Source: a virus. Taken from it: a stretch of 64,000 bases of DNA. Both the position numbers and the translations under genes were made by a program. Of this stretch, positions 59,234 to 64,000 are shown piece by piece (positions within the stretch are counted from its first letter, which is position 1; each line of letters opens with the position of its first letter). The DNA is taken from IMG/VR virus record IMGVR_UViG_3300045988_170943, positions 96,001 through 160,000 of that record; one strand, given 5' to 3'. The notes under the pieces are model-generated. The model saw only the letters and a list, made by a program, of their open reading frames with translations. It had not been told where the DNA came from and did no database searches.

Positions 59234-59908
59234 CTACCAGCGGTTGCCGTCGTCAATGGCCGACCCGATGGCATTCTCCCCATAGATGCCGGTCCTCGGG
59301 ATCCACACCAAGGCGCCCGCGTACATGATGAACAAGGCTGCGATACTCAGCCAGTTCGACCACGTGAACCAGTTCTCCACTGGCACATACGACATGAGGG
59401 TGATGGTTTGCGATGTCAGCCAGGCGTCCAGCATGAGGAAGATGACGTTTGCACCACCAGCAACAACGAGGGTGACGACATCCGACTGGGCGAACCGGAA
59501 CACGAACCTGAACAGGCGAAACACGAAAAACGTCACATACCGGAAAGCCCCGAAGATCAGAAGGATCAGGAGAGCGGAGACAACCCATGCGGCCAGGTTA
59601 CTAGTGCTGAACCACCCTGTTTGCAGATAGTGGCCGAGGGTGAGGATTCCGAACTCTGCCAGGTGGTACCCTCCGACAGCGACACTGGCGACGAGGAGAG
59701 TGATCATGATCCACATGGTTGTCTTCACGGCCGGGCTAGAGGTGAACGGACGCCTGGTTTCCTCCTCGTACTGGGTGGGGATAATGGCAGTGTCCTGGCG
59801 GTTGAGGTGGGTCATTGACGTGCTCTTTCCTGATTGACGAAGACGGGTCACGTACTGGCAGGTCCCTGGAATATCCCTGGGTGATATTGGCAGCCGCCAG
59901 GGAAACAT
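59234..59908 (-). CDS. polytopic membrane protein
   Basis: 224 aa with at least 5 hydrophobic helices. The overlapping plus-strand ORF looks like an antisense artefact. Confidence 0.55.
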   Translation of the reverse strand: MFPWRLPISPRDIPGTCQYVTRLRQSGKSTSMTHLNRQDTAIIPTQYEEETRRPFTSSPAVKTTMWIMITLLVASVAVGGYHLAEFGILTLGHYLQTGWFSTSNLAAWVVSALLILLIFGAFRYVTFFVFRLFRFVFRFAQSDVVTLVVAGGANVIFLMLDAWLTSQTITLMSYVPVENWFTWSNWLSIAALFIMYAGALVWIPRTGIYGENAIGSAIDDGNRW

Positions 59909-60174
59909 AGTCTCACCTGGTCAAAGTTCATCCTGAATATGAGTAGGAGTAGGCTATGGTTACACTTCCCTGGTGGGGTTACGCGCTCGGAATAGGTCTG
60001 GGAATTGTGCTTATCGGATGGGGTTTCCTGTCTAACGCAAAGAAGAAGGACGATGAGGATTGACGTGTGACCCCAACCCTGTGGGGTGAAGGCCCGGAGG
60101 TACGGTATTGACGGCACACCTCCGGGCCTTTCTCTGTCCTCATCTTGTTCGACGGCGGATGTGGCTGTCATCTG

Positions 60175-60807
60175 TCACTGACCACCTTCGCCCCCTTGCT
60201 CAACGCTGTTAGTGTCGTCGTTGCTACTGGGCTCGTTTGTGTGCCTCTTGAGTTTGTCCGCACCATGACGCAACCACTCCTCAGCCTGGTCTCGGCTCTT
60301 CCTGGCGGTGTCCTTCGCTGAGTCCCACGCATCACCCAGAGGGCCGCTACTCTCGCCATCTTGGCCGCCAGTGCCGCCGCCGTTAACTTCTCCCTGTTGG
60401 GACGTTCCTCCTGGGACACCTGTGGGCTCTTCCTGGGGCCCGGAGTCACCTGTCGCGCCCACTGTACCGTCCTGGGTGGCCGAGTCGTCTCGTTGGCTCT
60501 CGGTGGCTACTGGGGGCTTGTCAGCACCGGCTGCTGCCTTGTCGTCTGGTTGTGTGCCCACCCCATGGTTACCTCCTGGTGCCGGATCCATGGAAGATGA
60601 TGACGCGGTTGACGATGAGGCGGCAGGTGTCTCCTTATGTGTCACAGCCCACTTTCCCGCATACCAGAGACCTTGCCCCATCCCGGCCAGGAAGAATAGG
60701 CCCAGGATAACAGCGCACCCCTGGATAAGACGTATCGTCATCTGATCCAACCGCTGTGCGTCCCAGGTGTCATCAACGTCACTGTGGTGGATGATTGGCT
60801 GATCCAT
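60175..60807 (-). CDS. membrane-anchored low-complexity (Gly/Thr/Asp-rich) protein
   Basis: One TM helix (LIQGCAVILGLFFLAGMG), then a Gly/Ser/Thr/Asp-rich domain. Confidence 0.5.
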   Translation of the reverse strand: MDQPIIHHSDVDDTWDAQRLDQMTIRLIQGCAVILGLFFLAGMGQGLWYAGKWAVTHKETPAASSSTASSSSMDPAPGGNHGVGTQPDDKAAAGADKPPVATESQRDDSATQDGTVGATGDSGPQEEPTGVPGGTSQQGEVNGGGTGGQDGESSGPLGDAWDSAKDTARKSRDQAEEWLRHGADKLKRHTNEPSSNDDTNSVEQGGEGGQ

Positions 60808-60999
60808 ACTCGGGTGCCTTCCTGCCTGACTTTTCGTGACGGTTGTATCGCAAGTAGAGTGGAAAAGACGGCTAGGGTCTTATTCAGCGCCCTCGTCTTA
60901 GAGATAGCATACTACAGGTCCGTCGTGAGCATGGGTGACGGCCGGGGCGGAGAGGGACCCATCGGGTAACCCATTCTTCGCCCCAGCCATCACGTTTGA

Positions 61000-62589
61000 C
61001 TACTTGGCGTCTTTGTTGGCCCTCGCTCGGTTAGCGAGTTCCGCCGAGACATCATTGGACAACTTCTGCAACTCGTCCACGCTCATGGATGACAGATCAC
61101 GCCCAGCCGCCGGGACCTTAGCATCACCCTTACCAGCGTCAGCCTGCCCCTTAGCCTGGCCAGTAGCGCCCTGGCCGTCGCCCTTGCTGGAGTAGACAAC
61201 CTTACCGGAGCCGTCCTTCAACATCATGCTGTCGTCGGCGGCAATGTAGGCGCGGTACACGACCGTCTGGGACTGGCCGACGGTAGCCACCCAGTACCCG
61301 TTCTCGCCAGGCACAACTTCGAACACATCAAGGTTGGTCTTCTGGCCGCCGAGCCCCTGAGCCATGACGTTACTGCGAACAGTGGACGTGGCCTGGCGGG
61401 CAGTCTCGTACTTGTGCACTTGCAACTGGGCCAACTGCCCATACTTGTTGTCTCCAGCGTTTACTGTAGAGATTGCGACGATACTCTTGGACTCGCCACG
61501 AGGAGTCAACGGGGTCACGAACTGGATCGTCCCCTTGTCGGTCACCATCCCGAACTCTGTCGGGTTCTCCCCGTTCACATCGTTCTCATCCTTGCTGGTG
61601 TCCTCCCAACCAGCCTTGCTGAAGAACATCCAGTCCATGAAGCCATTAGCGGTCTGGGCGGACTCGCGCTGTTTCGCAGCCAGCGATGAAGGGTACAGGG
61701 AGACACCATTGACAGACGTCATATCCTTATGATACTCGATGTCGCCAGTCGCACCGTTGTAGACAACAACGCCAGCGGGCACGTCATAGGCGGTGAGGAA
61801 CCCGACCTTGCTCTTATAGATCGGGGCGTACAGGACCGGCTGCCCCTTGTCGTTGCAGGCCACCGTCACGTCAGCCTTGTCGAACCAGGTGGTCCAACCT
61901 CCGGCCGCGTTCAAGATACGGTAGTCGAGGTTGTTCGTCCACCAGCCGCCACCGAGACGGTAGGGAGCCTTAGACTCATTGAACTTACAGAACTTGACGT
62001 CCTTAGCAATATTAGGCTGACCGTATTCCGGCAGGGTGAGGGTCTGGGTCGCCTCATATCCCTTCAACCATCCGCGACGAATCACCGACGTCGTGTACTG
62101 GCCCGTCCCCGGGATAGACTTCACGGTGCCAGTAACATCGCCCGTGTTGTCACCAAGGTTAGCGGAAGACGTACCCTTGGCGACATCATAGGGTACGCGA
62201 GGCTTGAACGACTGCTGATCGCCGTCCGTGGCAACAGTCACCTTTGACGCCTGATACAAGGCGTTCGCGTTCCAGTAGGTTGAGAAAGCCGAACCGCCGA
62301 TAAGTACCCCGAGAAAAACCACGGCAGCGGCAACCCAGGTCACAAAACCCCAGCGCTCCTCACCACTCTCGTTCAGGTACCAGCCCAGTGCGCCAAGAGC
62401 AATAGTCAAGACAAGCCCGACCCAAAACAACTGTGACCCCGCCAGGAAACGGAAAAACCCGTGAGTGGCCGTATTCCACATGGTGTGGAACAGGAACCAC
62501 AAGAATCCGATAACAAGGGTAGCAGACACTCCGCCAACCCACCTCCACATTGTGGACATACTTTCCTCTCTTGCCCGCAGATCCCTCAC
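61000..62589 (-). CDS. membrane protein with 4 N-terminal TM helices and a large extracytoplasmic domain
   Basis: 529 aa. Hydrophobic helices in the first ~130 aa. The C-terminus is Ala/Lys-rich. Confidence 0.55.
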   Translation of the reverse strand: MRDLRAREESMSTMWRWVGGVSATLVIGFLWFLFHTMWNTATHGFFRFLAGSQLFWVGLVLTIALGALGWYLNESGEERWGFVTWVAAAVVFLGVLIGGSAFSTYWNANALYQASKVTVATDGDQQSFKPRVPYDVAKGTSSANLGDNTGDVTGTVKSIPGTGQYTTSVIRRGWLKGYEATQTLTLPEYGQPNIAKDVKFCKFNESKAPYRLGGGWWTNNLDYRILNAAGGWTTWFDKADVTVACNDKGQPVLYAPIYKSKVGFLTAYDVPAGVVVYNGATGDIEYHKDMTSVNGVSLYPSSLAAKQRESAQTANGFMDWMFFSKAGWEDTSKDENDVNGENPTEFGMVTDKGTIQFVTPLTPRGESKSIVAISTVNAGDNKYGQLAQLQVHKYETARQATSTVRSNVMAQGLGGQKTNLDVFEVVPGENGYWVATVGQSQTVVYRAYIAADDSMMLKDGSGKVVYSSKGDGQGATGQAKGQADAGKGDAKVPAAGRDLSSMSVDELQKLSNDVSAELANRARANKDAK

Positions 62590-62834
62590 CTACAGGCATG
62601 AATGTTGCTCCAGGTCAGGGTACACGACCGGATGCGCGCCTGTCCAGTCGTTTCCACTCTCGCTGACATCGCATTTATGTGCGAAAGGGCACACGACCCA
62701 ATAGAACACCACACATTTCAACAGTTGTTGACTACACAATGAGGTTGGGTGGTGTGCCCGTGAACCATGTCGCAATCAGCACAACACCCAACCAAGACAT
62801 ACCCTCTTGTCAGAGTGCTATAGGCGGAAGGCTA

Positions 62835-63941
62835 TCACTGTCTGATCTCCAGATAGCGGCCCTCAGACAGTCGCCTCCGAAGCATGAACGCCAGAACCTC
62901 ATCCTCTGGCTCAGCCACCACAAGAGCCACACCCTTAACGTCCTTAACAAGACTACTCAGGGAGTCGATGGCGCCAGTGCGGGCGTCCACAAAAACGATA
63001 TCCACTCCATCAGCGTTGCTGCCCTCAACGATCAGGTTAATGCGTTCGCGTGCCCGCTCACGTGGAGTGCTGCCATCACTCAGGTGGCGATTCGAGGTGG
63101 ACAGTTTCACGGCCTTCAGCCCCTTAGCGACAGCCTGTCGTGCGAGAGCATCAAGGTTGATCTTAGAGCCCATCCCGCCGAGGATGAGTACTGGAGCACC
63201 CAGGTCACTGCTGGCGACGCGGGCCTGGAGGATATCTAGCGCACTGTCCAGAGAGACGTCCTTCTCGTCCTCACCAGTCAGGTCCAGGAGATCAGAAATC
63301 CCCTCACTCGGGGTCTTGGGCGACTCACTGTCCTCTTCAGTTGTCACGGCCAAGGTCTCAGGCTGCGGCTCGTCCTCGCCGTCAACACTGGCGAGCAGAT
63401 TGGCGACATCCTGGCTGACGGTACGATTCGGGGCGGAGGTAGCCTCCTTAGCCTTCAGGTCACTGATCGGCACACCCAGACCCTCCGTGGCCTCCTGGAA
63501 GTAGGACCCGATGGTAGTGATGAAGTCGCGGGACCCTTTGAAGGCGCTGGTCTCCTTCAGGTCTGCCCAGTACTTCGCCGACCGCTCCTCCGCGTCGTTG
63601 AACATGTCGGTCAGGGTAGAGCCGCCTCCGGTCCTGGTCTTCCAGTGGTGGGGGTTCTGGCTCATGTCCACAAGCGTGTCCTTGATGGTGTCGTCCATGA
63701 ACTCTGTGCTGTAGCCGCCATCTACCCACAGGGGCTCACTGGCAGCCTTCTCTGCGCTGGCTGCGGTCTCACTGGCTCTCTTAGTAATCCCTCCAGTGGC
63801 ACGGTTCAGTTCATCGAGAGTCTTGCTGAACTTGTACTCGGCGTGCCGGTACTTTACCTCGGTGGCTGCACCACTGGCCGCCTGGGTCACGCTGGCGGCG
63901 GCACGCTTGCTCAGGGATGTCGCCTTGCCTAGCGCGTCCAT
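62835..63941 (-). CDS. hypothetical protein
   Basis: 368 aa. The C-terminal segment VLILGGMGSKINLDALARQAV resembles a degenerate nucleotide-binding Rossmann segment without a P-loop. Confidence 0.45.
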   Translation of the reverse strand: MDALGKATSLSKRAAASVTQAASGAATEVKYRHAEYKFSKTLDELNRATGGITKRASETAASAEKAASEPLWVDGGYSTEFMDDTIKDTLVDMSQNPHHWKTRTGGGSTLTDMFNDAEERSAKYWADLKETSAFKGSRDFITTIGSYFQEATEGLGVPISDLKAKEATSAPNRTVSQDVANLLASVDGEDEPQPETLAVTTEEDSESPKTPSEGISDLLDLTGEDEKDVSLDSALDILQARVASSDLGAPVLILGGMGSKINLDALARQAVAKGLKAVKLSTSNRHLSDGSTPRERARERINLIVEGSNADGVDIVFVDARTGAIDSLSSLVKDVKGVALVVAEPEDEVLAFMLRRRLSEGRYLEIRQ

Positions 63942-64000
63942 GGCCTTACCTTCGATATCCTGGCGGGCGGCCCACGCGAGAGCGTCACTTATGGGCGTGC

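Noticed and set aside
59111-59818. 235-aa plus-strand ORF overlapping the minus-strand membrane protein 59234..59908.
   Set aside because: The plus frame is His/Asp/Glu/Pro-rich with no hydrophobic core. The minus frame encodes coherent TM helices, so the minus strand was chosen.
1-64000. Searched for CRISPR arrays, rRNA genes, integrase/recombinase, terminase, portal and capsid genes.
   Set aside because: No regularly spaced direct repeats and no rRNA-like sequence. No tyrosine- or serine-recombinase motifs and no recognisable phage structural proteins. Phage or mobile identity therefore rests only on gene style and cargo, not on hallmark genes.

Overview
The window is a mosaic accessory region. 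Several genes are actinobacterial-style (LPLTG sorting signals, a proline-rich DUF805 protein, a lipoprotein lipobox). Hand-counted 60-nt samples give about 37-50% GC in the left ~32 kb (positions 1, 61, 8400, 21200) and about 53-65% GC in the right half (positions 35041, 40321, 60361).

The left half is densely packed with short ORFs on both strands, most of them hypothetical, in a phage- or mobile-element-like layout. It carries the following, in order:
- two divergent beta-helix-repeat paralogs;
- a zeta-toxin-like P-loop kinase;
- a radical-SAM protein with a non-canonical Cys motif;
- a translationally coupled NAD+ module: NadE plus a nicotinamide/nicotinate-mononucleotide adenylyltransferase (NMNAT)-like domain fused to a type-I phosphoribosyltransferase (PRTase);
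- tandem paralogous genes;
- a solo TnpB-like (IS605 OrfB / RuvC plus zinc-ribbon) nuclease;
- a second, canonical radical-SAM gene coupled to an unknown gene.

After a strong terminator, the right half opens with a complete sortase-dependent pilus operon: a major pilin (YPKN pilin motif, E-box, LPLTG), a 2622-aa tip adhesin (BspA-type leucine-rich repeats (LRR) plus many CnaB/SpaA-type Ig-fold domains plus LPLTG), and a class C sortase (TLxTC).

Downstream of the operon are:
- an orphan Dam-family N6-adenine methyltransferase (MTase);
- a DUF1524 (HNH-like) lipoprotein nuclease;
- a nucleoside-deoxyribosyltransferase-like protein;
- a second solo TnpB-like nuclease;
- several membrane proteins on the minus strand.

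The region has several perfect long-stem hairpin terminators. I saw no rRNA, no convincing tRNA, no CRISPR array, and no integrase or structural phage genes in this window.

The most likely candidate for an undescribed system is the nadE + NMNAT-PRTase module (with the adjacent radical SAM). It resembles phage NAD+-reconstitution counter-defence pathways but has a different enzyme architecture.
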